A stretch of 63,250 nucleotides of DNA, counting the filler, from Olpidium bornovanus S191 (lineage: Eukaryota > Fungi > Olpidiomycota): the NCBI GenBank assembly GCA_017911155.1. It is 29 parts of 29 records of this genome, joined end to end, with 100 filler letters (N's around TTAATTAATTAA, not from the genome) between each part and the next. Parts side by side here need not be neighbours in the genome. Positions count along the whole stretch, not along the records: positions 10,430 to 11,468 come from JAEFCI010010659.1; positions 11,569 to 13,229 come from JAEFCI010009875.1; positions 13,330 to 16,130 come from JAEFCI010009868.1; positions 16,231 to 18,367 come from JAEFCI010005658.1; positions 18,468 to 20,030 come from JAEFCI010005704.1; positions 20,131 to 22,435 come from JAEFCI010004710.1; positions 22,536 to 24,288 come from JAEFCI010007432.1; 22 more parts are not named here. One strand, written 5' to 3'. Below, one piece after another: positions 11,426 to 23,499 of this stretch (within the stretch, counting starts at the first letter, position 1; every line of letters begins with the position of its first letter). The notes under the pieces were generated by a model. That model ran no database searches and was not told the DNA's origin. It saw nothing but the letters and a program-made list of their open reading frames with translations. The position numbers and the translations under genes were made by a program.

Positions 11426-14400
11426 CCCCCCGCCCGCCCCCCCCCCCCGCCCCCCCTCCCCCCCCCACNNNNNNNNNNNNNNNNNNNNNNNNNNNNNNNN
11501 NNNNNNNNNNNNTTAATTAATTAANNNNNNNNNNNNNNNNNNNNNNNNNNNNNNNNNNNNNNNNNNNNAGTACAAAAGAAAAAAGTACACTGGCAATTGT
11601 CCAAAAAAAAAGTACGCCGGCACCAGCCAAAAAAAAGGGTACAGCCGTGAAGCCTGTGCCAGGGTTTTATCCCCTCGCATTCAAACATGACTGGGATTTT
11701 TAAAGTTTACGAAGTACAGCAAGCAAACCAACCTGCGATTTCTGGGACCGTCAAAAAAAAGAAAAAGAAAAACGATGAAAAAAGGAAAAGGTGCGCCACC
11801 AACTGTCAAAAAAAATACAACGGTTGTCGGGGTCTTCGCGCCTTTCGAATTTTTGTCGGCGGGAATTACCGGGGTGGTTGAGGGTGATCGACTTCCTGGT
11901 GGTCCAAGCCCGGGCGCACGGGGACTTTTGGCCACTGATCCTTGTCGGGGCGGACTTTGCCGACGAAGAAGCGGCGGGCACTCAGCTCCGGCCACACGCC
12001 GTCTATGGAAAACTGAAAAACGGAGTGCCCCAGTCGCCGAGTAATAATTGCGTTAAATAACTTTAGCAGTAGTAATACACATAACGGCGTCGTGCATCGT
12101 TTCTGCGTTTCTGGCGGCCAAACGGCTCAGTGTTCTGAACCATTTTGCAGGTCGGGTGTACGTGTCGTGTCGTCTGTGTGCAGAGAGAGGAAGAGAGTCG
12201 AGCACGCCTGTCCACGTGATCGATCGCGCACGCGCTGTGTGCTGCCCACCTTCCGTCCCCCGAAATCCCCGCGATCTCCCCCTTGCGCTTGAAAACGCGC
12301 CTCTCCGTCTCTCTCGGACACGGGCGCGTTGCCACCACCCGAGAAAAAGGACGCGAGGCCGACTTCTTAAAGGGAGAGCGTGCTGCGACCGGAAAGCGGG
12401 GCTGTCGTCGTTCGGGCTTGGGGAGCTAAACGGTGCGCCGCTTGCGTCGGTGTCAGCGTGGTTGACTGACTGGTTGCGCAGTGGGGGGAAAGAGGTAAGA
12501 GCCCAGGATGCGCCGCGCTTGCCAGACGGGAGCGGGTGTGGATTTGGAAAGAGTTTGGCATAGGGCAGAGGAGGCACATTGCCGGGGACGGCGGGAATGA
12601 ACGGCGGGGAGGACGGGGACGCGGGAGAATTTGGGACGCGTGTGGGGTAAGATATAGACCGACAGGGCCGACCGGGAAGGACCTTGGTAGACAGCTAGAT
12701 GGGGGCGGGGGAGGATTTGGGGCGCGTTTGGGGTGGGTCAGAGGAGTTAGACCGGCAGGGCCGACCGGCGGGGAAGAACCTCGGAAATGCCAGATGTAGG
12801 CGCGGGAGGTTTTGGGCGCGTTTGGGGCAGCAGATAGGCCGGCGTCGCCTAGAACGCGCCCCTTATTGAAAACAGAAACGCGTCGTGAATTGCCACTGAC
12901 CCCCCAGATCACGATGTGTAGCCGCGCTGAACCGCCCGTTCCATTTGTCTCCACGAACGCCGTACAGCATCCAAATTCTCGGTCGACACGCTAAAAACGA
13001 GCTTGTGATCAAAGCTCCGTCTTCACGGACGCGATTTTGCGCAGACGCACCAAGTCGGTCCACTTATTTGCTGCAACACTCTTCCTCGTTCCCCGAACGA
13101 CCTCGGAAGGCAAACGCATCATGCGTGCCCGCAACGTAAGCTGCCGTGTTCTCCTGCTTCCAATATTGGCTGTCCTGACGCCGCGAGACTTACCGGTGCG
13201 CATCTCCTGCTGCCATCCACACTATCATGNNNNNNNNNNNNNNNNNNNNNNNNNNNNNNNNNNNNNNNNNNNNTTAATTAATTAANNNNNNNNNNNNNNN
13301 NNNNNNNNNNNNNNNNNNNNNNNNNNNNNCATGCCTATGCTGTAGTGATGCCTATGCTGTAGTGAACTTCGGCAAAGTCAGCCAACAAGCATCGCCTCAA
13401 CCGACGTCGCGAATTTCGCCAATCGGCTGCGGGACGTTGACAGCCGCAGGTCGCACCGGGAATTCTCGCCGTTCACCAAAGCGGAATCCCGAAGTCGAAG
13501 CGTGCAAGGACTTGGAGTTGTGGGGTCAGGTAGCGCCGGCGTTCACGCGAATGAGGCGACGATACGTGATTTTCGGTGGTGGTTATCACGAGCGACCGCG
13601 AAGCACCGGAGAAGGGGAGGTTTGCCACTCGGACAGAGCTACGCCTGAGCGCCAAGGAAGTCGACGCACATCCGGAGAAATAGGGGTTTGCTGCTGGTAA
13701 AAAAAACAATAATAATAAAACTAACAACGTGCGTTTTGAGCGAGCACGATGCTCAGTATTGGATGAAGCAGCAGGGACACTTTAGATCGCTGCGGATTAC
13801 TCCACTCATTACGTTTTCCGCCGGTCTGAACAAACAACTTTTTTTTTCCTGCTTATTTCGAAATGAACGCCGGAAGTGCTTTTTCAGTCACCGCAATTGC
13901 GCCAAAATCTCCGCCCGTGCGGTATGCACAGGGAAAGCAGGGCCGCCGCTTCTCCCCGCGACCTCCCTCCCTCCCTTCCCCCCCCCCCCGTTGCCACCAT
14001 CCGCGATCGACCCACCCGCCGACCACGCCCGCTAACGCGCGCGACACTTCCGGGAGAGGGGCCGCCGTCGTCCTGACACTTCGCCGGCATACCTGACCCA
14101 CGTCCCCCACCTTTTCCCCCGCTGGTTGCGAGGTCCGCCGGTCCGCGCGCGCCCCTGATCCCCCAGCAACCTCAAGTTCCGATTTGAAGGCGCGGGGTTC
14201 CTCCCAATTTTGCTGCGGTGGGCCGGTAGGGAGGGGGACCCTTTTGCAGAACGCGCTCTCTCCCTGGCGGCTTTCCCCCACTCCCCCGACCAACGGAGGC
14301 CGCTGCTAAGTCTCTCCACAGCTTTCTCAATCTCTCCGTTCCGCCCGTGCCGCGTTCAGTTCAGCAGCTCCGCTGGCCGGAATATATCGGAACCGTGAGT

Positions 14401-14625
14401 TTTCCGGCCCCGCCGAGGGTCCCTTAGCTTCCCCGGAGGATCACGGCCGCCGCGCTCGCGTCCTTGGAAATTCGGCAGCGGAAGTTTTGTGCGGCGCGTG
14501 CCGTTGACCAGCGCCTCCGCTATTTTTCCTGACTCGTGCGCCGTCTGCTGTCAGTTGGACCGTAGAAGGTTCGGTTACGTCCCAGACACCCTCGACTTAG
14601 AGCGCCGATCCCGAGCAACGCCAAA

Positions 14626-15857
14626 ATGGTAAGTGCGGCCGCCGCGGACAGCCGCAGGGCGTCCGCCTCGTCGGCCGTTCGACCGTTTGCGGCAGATTCG
14701 CGGGAAAAGGCGCCGCCGCAGCTTAAATGTTATTCTTTGAAAAACGCCTGACCGTTTGGGACGCAGTCGATTATGTGAGCTCCGCTTTTCTTCCGTGGGT
14801 CCGTTTCGTGCGTTTTACTTCCGTACCCGCGCCCGGAAGAGTAACGGTGGCAACACGCGTCTACGTTCGCACAAGGCACTATAACGGAGGCGCGGTCCTC
14901 GCCATGGTGGGAAAAGACTGCGTCGCAATCGGCTGCGACAAACGCCTCGGCGTGCAAGCCCTCACAGTATCAACGGAGTTTCCGAAGGTTTTCAAGGTCC
15001 ATGATCGGCTGTTCTTCGGGCTGGCGGGACTGGCCTCAGACGTGGCGACGGTGTGAGTTCGCCGCTCTCCTAAATCATTCATTTTAACATGCTTTAAAGC
15101 AATTTCGTGCGCTGGATCATCTGACGGGGAAGTTTTTTTATGTTTAATCGCAGCCACGAACAAATCCGGTTCAAGACGAACATGTACAAGTTGCAGGAGA
15201 ACCGTGATATCGAGCCGAAGACGCTGGGTCATCTTATCTCATCGACGCTTTATGAACGACGGTGTGTTGTTGGAACCGGGAGCGCTCGTGTCCGTCAAAT
15301 CTCTTTTACCTTTTCAGCCTCGAAGTGGTTGCGCCGCTGATTGCTGACTTTTTGCTTAGATTTGGGCCTTATTTTATTGAGCCCGTGATAGCCGGCATCG
15401 ACAAGCATGGCAAGCCATTCATCTGTTCTGCGGACCTGATTGGATGCCTTAATTTTGCCAAAGATTTTGTCGTCGCCGGAGTGCCGTCGCCAAATCTGTT
15501 CGGCATGTGCGAGGGGCTTTGGGAGGAAGGACTGGTGGGTCGAATATTGTGTAGCTCTATTCGGCCATTCGTTCTCGTTTCTTCCGAGTTTTGTACATCA
15601 CAATACCCTGACACCGGGCGCCACCGTTGAACAAGGGACCTGACGATTTGTTCGAGACGTGCGCGCAGGCGCTTCTTAACGCCGTCGACAGAGATGCGCT
15701 CAGCGGGGGGGGCGGCGTCATTCACGTCATGTAAGTACATTCCAGGAGCGTCTGAAGATGCCGTAGGTGCCTGCACGCTCACGATGGGAATTTGCCATTT
15801 CGCATCAGCACGAAAGAGGGAGTCACTACCCGCCATTTGAAAGGTCGGATGGACTAA
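14626..15857 (+). CDS. PUP3: 20S proteasome subunit beta-3, complete, multi-exon
   Basis: M|SI M|[42 protein letters not shown]|..[18 protein letters not shown]..|[37 protein letters not shown]|..[20 protein letters not shown]..|[16 protein letters not shown]. Confidence 0.97.
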
Positions 15858-17087
15858 GCGGGAGGGAGGCCTAGGGTACTGTGGTCTGCACTACTTGCCT
15901 TAACGATTGGATATATAAACGAATTGCGAAATCTTGCGGGTGCAGCCGCTAATGTATCACGAAGGTTGCGGATATTGAGTGGCGTGATTTCGGCCAGTGA
16001 TCAGGAAAACATCCGCGTTTTCACTAAGGTGCAGGTTTGAATTACTTGTCACCACAACATCCGCAGGGCGTCCCATCCGGAGGTGATTTATCGGGGAGCC
16101 GCTTTCGCAGAAACAGACGGGAAAACCATGNNNNNNNNNNNNNNNNNNNNNNNNNNNNNNNNNNNNNNNNNNNNTTAATTAATTAANNNNNNNNNNNNNN
16201 NNNNNNNNNNNNNNNNNNNNNNNNNNNNNNGCAAGCAACCCATTCGTAAATGCCCGTTTTTTCTTTCAGAATACTCTAGCTTAGCACGATGCGACTTTTT
16301 TTTTCCCCTTTTCGGGCGGCACCCCGATAGCTGCAGTGAGCAAAGGACATGTGCTGTGAAATATCTCTTGAGGATACCCTATCTGGGCGCTGTCTGCGAA
16401 GGCCAAAATAAGTCAACCTCGTAAAAAGCGTGGGACGTCAGAAGGGAAATTGAAGCGGGTGGATAGGGGCCCTTAAAACGCCGTATCCGTGCTCGACGAG
16501 ATTCTTCGTCTGCCATCCCGTGCATAATAAGAAACAGGAGACGTTGGACGGGAGGAGAGAGTGCCGTGATGATGCCCCCCCAACCGCCGAAATTTCCCCC
16601 TCTTTCCCCTCCCATCGTTCCTCCACCGCACGACAAACGCAGCGCCGGGCGCGCGTTTTGGTTTGCGATTGTTGAGGATCGCCGTGGACGCAGGATCGGG
16701 GTGCGCAACGGGGGAGTGACGAGGCTCGTGGCCGGGCGAGAGTTTTCCGGCCTGGATCGCCTGGTGTGGCGTGCGGGACCATCATCTCGTCCGTTTCGCC
16801 TCTTTCACTACCTTTTTTTTTTTTTTTTCCTCTCTCTTCCCGCCCCTGCGCGTCAAGGGCCAGGCCGGGCGCGGGAGAGCGCCTCGCCGCGCGCCGCACC
16901 ACGTTTTCTCCGCCGGGAACGGCCTGGCCCTCTTAGCACTCCGCCTCCTCTCAAAAGCGTACTCGCCCTCCTCTCACTTCCTTCTTCCTTCCCCGCAGAC
17001 TTCCGCCGCAACCCAGGCCACGAAACTCTGGACTGGGCGCTGACCGTTCGCGTGACGGGCCCGGGAAGTTCCTCTCCGATCCCACCC

Positions 17088-18152
17088 ATGGCCACGGGCG
17101 CCCCGAAGCCGTCGGGTGTCGACGTGCTCGTGCTGGGCCGCGGCTTCGTGGGGAAGTACGTCGTCGATCTGTGCCGGGCCCTGGGGGTCACCTGCAGCAG
17201 CACCACCACGGACGGGCGGGATGGCACCATCAAGTGGGTGATGCCCGACGAGCAGGCCGCCCTGCACTCGCCGACGTCGGCGCCCGGGAGCGCCCTGCGG
17301 GACTCCACCGCGCACCTCCCGTCCGCCTCGCTGGTCCTCATCACCTTCCCGCTGCCGTACCCAGCCGCCGTCACGTCCTTCATCCACTCGTACGAGGCGG
17401 TGCACGACGGCGGGAGCGGCGGCGGGAGCGGCGGCGGCGGCCGGCGCAACGAGCGCAGGCGCAAAGACTCCAACGACCTCGCCGTCACGACGTCTCCCGA
17501 CGGCGTGCACCACGCGCCCGACGGCCTCGACCAGGACGTGGACGAGAGGGGCGTCTGGAGGAGGAAGTACGTCCTGCTGTCGTCCACCCGCGCGTTCCGG
17601 GCCAAGGTGTGCAGCACCAGGAGGTCGCCCCCGGACCAGACGTTCTCCCGCTTTGCCAGCGAGCACGAGTTCCTCGCCGTCGCCTCCGTGCACACCTCCG
17701 TCCTCCACCTGGCGGGCCTCTGGGGCGGCCAGCGCCACCCGCGCCACTGGGCGAAGAGGTTCGACGCGCCGGAGAAGGTCAAGGGCTGCGTGCTGCGGAG
17801 GCAGCTGCACCTTGTCCACGGCGACGACGTCGCCAGGGCCGTGGTGCAGGGGATCCTCCGCGCGCCGCCGGCGGACGACGGCGGCGGCGGCGGCGGCGGC
17901 GCGTTCCCCTCCGGGGAGCGGTGGATCGTCTCCGACGGCCGCGTGTACGACTTCCTGGAGATCTTCAAGGTCTGGGGCGGAGGGTTCGCCGCCGACGACG
18001 GCACCCGGCGCACCGAGATCTGCCGGATGCTCCTGGAGCTCCGCGACGCGGACCCCGAAGTCGCCGACGTTTTGCCCAAGTCCGTCCCGCTGGACGAGGT
18101 GCCCTTGGGAGCGGAAAATATAGGGCTGCAACGGCTGTTGGACCCGGATGAG
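17088..18152 (+). CDS. Atypical SDR / NAD(P)-binding Rossmann protein (YeeZ-like), one long exon, C-terminus probably spliced or truncated
   Basis: VDVLVLGRGFVGKYV (GxGxxG), LVLITFP, YVLLSSTRAF, VLHLAGLWGGQRHP, LHLVHGDDVARAV, WIVSD. Donor-like GAG|GTAAAT at 18153. Confidence 0.75.
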
Positions 18153-18323
18153 GTAAATAACAAGGATATGGCGGCGGAGGCTGGCGGTGGTTTTGGCGGT
18201 CTTTCCGATCTCCTGCCGCATCGGCTTTCGAAAATTCTTCGCTCTGCTCGGGGGCCCTCGGTCTTTACGGGGGGACACTCCCCCCTTTTTCCTCCCCCCC
18301 CCCCCCCCCCCCCCCCCCCCCCG

Positions 18324-18357
<34 letters not shown>

Positions 18358-18467
18358 CCCTTTCACCNNNNNNNNNNNNNNNNNNNNNNNNNNNNNNNNN
18401 NNNNNNNNNNNTTAATTAATTAANNNNNNNNNNNNNNNNNNNNNNNNNNNNNNNNNNNNNNNNNNNN

Positions 18468-19494
18468 AAAACTTTTGGGACGGGGACGCGGGGACGGGGA
18501 CGGGGGCCGCGAACGCTGACGTCGCGAAAACGCTACGCCGCGAAAAAAAGGTTGTCCAGCCTCGTCCTCGGCGACCAGTCCAACATGGCCGCGTACGAGG
18601 CGAGAATTTACTCGATGGCGTCGCCCGGGCAGCTGGACAAGTTCATGCGGTGCGTCCGGGCGAGCTGGGTGTGCGCGCACCACCGCGCCCCGGCCACGCG
18701 GGAATTCCTTAAAAGAACAAAGACCCCGTTTTACAGGAAACCGTGGTTGTACACGGGCCACACCCTCCCGAAAAAGCTGCCTCCAAAACGGATGCCGATC
18801 AACGTCCTCTCGCTGCCGCTGCTCGGGTTCTTGGAGCAGTCCTGCTCAGAGTCTTTGAGGAACGCCATGACCGCCGTCAGCAAAGTTAAGCCGAAGTACC
18901 CGGACAAGGATCTCGAGAAGTCGGCCACAGACTACGTCGCGCTGCACCTTAAAGGTATTTACGACATATTTCCTAGAACCCCGGTTGGCGGGAGGGTGGA
19001 AGGTGTGAGGGGGCGGGGGGGGGGGGGGGGGGGGAACTTTTTCGCGGAAGAGGGACGGGGACTCGGGGCAAGAAGGTTTCCGACACCTTGATTGATTTGG
19101 CAAGCGTGGAGAAAGCATTTTCTGACCGACAATTTTCGCCTCCGGGACAGCGAACAACCCGAAATCGAGAGAGTTTGTTCGACAACACTACGCCAAGAAG
19201 CTGGCTCAGTACGAGCAGGAGTGCCGGATGATCGACGTGGGTATTTTTTTTTTGACCGTGTCTTGATATCGAAGGGCCACGCTTTTTAATGCGGTGAACG
19301 TCGCTGCCCAGGATATGGTGAAGTACACCAGGATGCACGCGGAAGACACCGCGGCGTCCACGGAGAGCGAAACCACCGAGCGGGTGTTACGGCATCTGGA
19401 GCAGCTGAGAATTCTGGGGACACGGCGGCGAGGCATTGTGTCCCACCAAGAGGAAACGGCAGTGCTCGCGGCGAAATCCACTGTCCAACAGTAG
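18468..19494 (+). CDS. AK9: Adenylate kinase 9-like protein, C-terminal YHS-like and Dpy-30-like region (about 4 exons, 5'-truncated)
   Basis: Spliced: AAYEARIYSMASPGQLDKFMR|KPWLYTGHTLPKKLPPKRMPINVLSLPLLGFLEQSCSESLRNAMTAVSKVKPKYPDKDLEKSATDYVALHLK|ANNPKSREFVRQHYAKKLAQYEQECRMID. Closely parallels the recalled human AK9 C-terminus (LPHKLPP..SLPLPGYLEQG..KPKFP..YIALHLKAFNPK). Confidence 0.82.
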
Positions 19495-19965
19495 CGGCGT
19501 CGAACATGCGGCCCCGCAGGATCGTTTTCGCCTAGAACGCGCGGTCCGCTTCCGTTTGCCCCCCCCCACACACACCCCCTTCCTCCCCCCCTCGCTACCC
19601 TCCCAACTTTTTCGATCGATTCCGTTTCCGGCAATTGCAGCGGACCAAAGTTGCACCACAGTCGTGCAAACAAAAATTGTTCTTTCGAATTGTAAAAAGA
19701 CCAAGTTTTTATGAACCAAACAGGCGCAACCTCCGAATTGTAAAACGCTTTCGTTGGGGGGAGGGGGGAGGGGGGAAAAAATTGAGGAGGGAACAGAAAA
19801 CCATTCCTCTGTCGTGAAAGAAAGGGTGTTAGAAATTAGGCAAAAAAAAAAAATTTGTCGCCTCATCGTTAGAACAGGCAGGCGGCGGTTAAGCCGAGAC
19901 GGCCCGGGACCATATGCCCTGAACGCATTGGCGTCCAGTCGACTGGCAGTTTCGGGAGGGGACCT

Positions 19966-19999
<34 letters not shown>

Positions 20000-20130
20000 G
20001 CTGGGGGGGGGGGGGGGGGGGGGAAGACGGNNNNNNNNNNNNNNNNNNNNNNNNNNNNNNNNNNNNNNNNNNNNTTAATTAATTAANNNNNNNNNNNNNN
20101 NNNNNNNNNNNNNNNNNNNNNNNNNNNNNN

Positions 20131-22042
20131 AGGTCTGCGCTGTTCGGCACCGACCATCGGGCGGAAACGCCAAAAAAGGATTGTCAAAATAACCCCTCCC
20201 AAAGCGAAAATAACAAAAACGGAACTTCATCCTTACAGGATGTCAGCCATGGCGGCCGTGGGCGACTGTTCCTTCGTTTCGGTCAACGTTTCTTCCCCCT
20301 GTTGGAGTGCAGCGACCTGCGTTCTGATAAATACAGGTGCGGGAGGGGCCGGTTTGACTCGAGGAGGCGAACTCGGCCGTGCGTCTGGAATCACGTTCGG
20401 GACATCGGGCTCCGCTGCCGAGGCCTCTTCTCCAGCGTAGTTTGGAAACGTCAGGGGCGAGACCGGGGAGACTGGAGATAAGAGGGGGGTGACGGTGCTC
20501 GCATCTGGAGTCAGCAACCGCTCAAGGCGTTCGTCGGCAGCGGTCTGGACACTTTCTTCTTTTTCGTCTTCGCTTGGCCCAGCAGCGGCGTCTTGGCCGT
20601 CTATTGCAGAACGCGTAAAGCAGTTAAGAGATCCGTATTTTTAATTGACCGAGTTCGCACGAGCTTGACGACGACAGGACATCCTCACCGTTGCTTTCCC
20701 TCGCGGTAACAAACTGTACTTCCTCGTCCGCGTCCTCCCAGGCCGGAACTTTCTCGACCATCTCCGGCCCGTGCCATTTGCCAAGCTCGGAGGTGAGCGC
20801 CGGGATGCTCCGCAAAGTAGCCTCGCCGGTGAAGTGAAAACTTTCGTCAGGAAGCGGCACACTGAGCGCGAACGTTTTCTGAACCGTCACAAGTGTCGAA
20901 ATTGTCGGCCCGTGCTCTTTGGAGAGCGGCAAGCGCTGGCCGTGTCTCTTGTAGGTGGAGTAACGGGTTTGGGTCTGCGTCGGCCTGGTGAGCTCTGTGC
21001 GGGAATATCAAAACGTGAGCGCCACGCAGGCGTGCATGGTGTGCGCTCGGCCGGGAAGCGAGGGACAAGCGGCGCCTTGAGGCGCGCTGTGCGCACAGCC
21101 GGCAAACAAGGAAATCTCGTCTGACCTCGCTTTTGCGCAGCGAGGCGGATTATGGCGCAGAAAACTTCCTGTGCGTCCGCAGCGGAAGCGACCTCGACGC
21201 AAGACACCCCGAAAACCCTTCCAAGCTTCGCGGCGAAACGTTGTTCAAACTCCCGACTCTCGGGCGGACAGTCGGCGTTGCAGCCCACAAGAATTGTCGG
21301 TATCGACAGTCCGGCAAACGCGTCTAAGATTCGCACGGGAGGTGACCACGAGTGAACATCGGGCCCGGTCGCCCCACAGCTCCAACTAGTGCGTTGCCAT
21401 TTGCAAGGACGTGCCTAGCAGCTCCGGACAATTCAACAAGGTTTTCTTTTTCGTGACATCGTAACACTGGAGAACCCCATGAGGCTGAGGAATCCCCTCC
21501 GGCCACCGGAACGCGGGTCCGTCGGAATCAAAAAAGTCTTCGGAGAGCTCGACGATCGTCACTAAAATCGACTTGCCGCCGTCGACGAATACGCCGCCCT
21601 CTCGCACTGGGGGCAACGTGGTTTGGGATGCGGAAACACGTCAGCTGGTTTTTGACGACCGTGGACTCGGCGGTTTGGGCTCCACGGCACCGCAGTCGAC
21701 TGCGAACGTATCGGGCAACCGGCCGCTCGCGTCCACGTTGATACCGCAGTACGTCTTGTCGTTCCACGTTGCTTCCCTCTCGTGCGTCTTGGTTGACAAG
21801 GCGACCTCGGCAAGCTGCACCAGCGCGGGTCCGACTGCGGAGAAAGGGTCGACGACACACACCACGACGCCCGCTTCGCCGTCTCCGAGATGACATCCCG
21901 CGCGGGGAGGCGGGGCGGGAGCATCCCCAGCGAGGCGCCCGGGCAACCCGGCGGCGTCGAACTCGCTCCGCGCCACCGGCCGGATGCTTGCGGCGAGCTG
22001 GGGCGGTTCCGAGGAGGCCCCCCGGCTCCCGGATCGGGGCAT
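20131..22042 (-). CDS. Protein with an N-terminal degenerate Ras-like P-loop domain and a long low-complexity region; resembles N-termini of fungal RasGEF proteins (3'-truncated)
   Basis: VVVCVVDPFSAVGPALVQL..|..ILVTIVELSEDFFDSDGPAFRWPEGIPQPHGVLQCYDVTKKKTLLNCPELL|..AFAGLSIPTILVGCNAD..; the last exon ends at CT|GTAAGG, so the gene continues past the gap. Confidence 0.55.
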
Positions 22043-22190
22043 GTATGCGCTCGGGAAGTGGCGGGGCCGGCGCGGCTGGGGTCGTCTGCGGGCGGCGAGC
22101 GGGGCGGGGCCCCTTCGGTTCGGTCTCTTTTCTCTTCTTCTTCTTCTCTGTCTCTCACGCTCTCTCTGACGAACGAGAGATCTGTGAACG

Positions 22191-22223
<33 letters not shown>

Positions 22224-22620
22224 CCCCGGCCCTTTTTTTTGCGTTTTTCCCCCGTTTTTTTTTCTTCCGGGGCGCCGGGGCGGTTTGGGTTCTTTTCTTC
22301 TTCCCCGTTCCCTCTTTTTTTTTTTTTTTTTTTCTCTCCTTTTGTTTGCTGTTTCGCGGCCTAGGTGGGCGGAGAGGAAGCCGGAACACGCCCCGGCTCC
22401 TCCTCCTGGGCAAAAAGCACGTTGACGGTCACGTGNNNNNNNNNNNNNNNNNNNNNNNNNNNNNNNNNNNNNNNNNNNNTTAATTAATTAANNNNNNNNN
22501 NNNNNNNNNNNNNNNNNNNNNNNNNNNNNNNNNNNCGTAAACATAGGCTCAGAAACGGAAAATGACGATTTAAAGCGGGGAAAGGAGAGAGTGGCCGCCG
22601 GGCGCTTGACTGAAGCTCAC

Positions 22621-22847
22621 CAGACGGTACCGTAAGCGCCCTCTCCCACCAGCATGCTGCATTCGTAGTCATCTCCGACGTTGAACGCTTTCAACCGCTG
22701 GGCGGCGGTGGCTGGGCGGTTGGCGTGAGGATCTGCCCGTTTCCGCGCCTGCTGCTGCTGCTGCTGCGCCTGTTCGTCCTTCCGGCTCTGAGGCTGCTGA
22801 GGCGACGCCTCGGTCTGGTTCGGAACATCGGCTTGTGCGGAAGACAT
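22621..22847 (-). CDS. MAP kinase (Fus3/Kss1/ERK type), first exon with Q-rich N-terminal extension
   Basis: MSSAQADVPNQ..QQQQQQ..KAFNVGDDYECSMLVGEGAYGTV(W/C)|GTGAGC; FNVG..Y..VGEGAYG is typical of fungal ERK-type MAPKs. Confidence 0.8.
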
Positions 22848-23499
22848 TACCAAGTAGAGCACCACCGACGACCGGCGTCAGAGATTAGCGGGAGAATTGA
22901 GGAAGGTAAGAAAGGGGAACGGCCCGTGCGGAGACGACTGGGAACGGGAGGTCAAAAAAAAAGAAAAAAAAAGTACAGAAAGGAAAAAAAAGAAAAAAAA
23001 CTAATGAAAGAGAAGACGCGGGGAGGGGGAGGGGGAACTCGGCTACCCGGGCGAAAAAAAACCCCGGCTCATATGGCGGCGCGGCTGGAAAATGGGCAAA
23101 GAAAGCGCGCGCCTGCGGAGAACGCGCCCCGGGCGGCGAACGAGGGGGGGGGAGTGGGGGCGAGTAAAGGGGGACGCCCCCGCGGGCTCAATTTAGGAGC
23201 GGGAATTTTCTTTTTTTTTTCCCGCAGGAGACCAATCGGACGATTTTCTGCGGCGCGACCGATAAATTTCAGGGATGATCAAATTTGTCCCCCGTTGCCA
23301 CTCGGTTGCCACGCTCACGCGCGCGCACACACACCCCGCAAACAGCCCCGCCCCCTCGTGGTCCCACCTCCCCCGCCCTCTCCACTCCTTCCCCTCCTTC
23401 TCCTTCCCCCTCCCCCCTCCCCAGTCGGCGTTGAGGATGTGGGGATGTGGGAGCAGCCGAGAGCGGCGGTGGCCGCGGGGTGCTAAATTCTATCAACAT

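Noticed and set aside
11365-11468. Very long poly-C/G tracts as G-quadruplex or poly-Pro elements (also 18290-18360, 19965-20025, 38370-38430, 61080-61140)
   Set aside because: They cluster at contig ends, and G-smearing is evident inside PUP3, so they are likely sequencing or consensus artefacts
10430-13228. Possible exon fragments on these two contigs
   Set aside because: Splice-like signals exist, but I could not build a consistent or recognisable protein
13330-13364. 17-bp tandem duplication ATGCCTATGCTGTAGTG at a contig start
   Set aside because: At the extreme contig end; most likely an assembly or amplification artefact
17088-18152. Recent bacterial transfer of the SDR, suggested by its 1-kb intronless exon
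   Set aside because: Clearly native genes here also have long exons and similar GC3, and a splice donor follows; phylogeny would be needed
16853-18278. 434-aa and 436-aa antisense ORFs over the SDR gene (likewise over the coiled-coil gene, NPR2, CDC20 and LHS1)
   Set aside because: Shadow ORFs caused by high GC3 codon usage; no independent motifs
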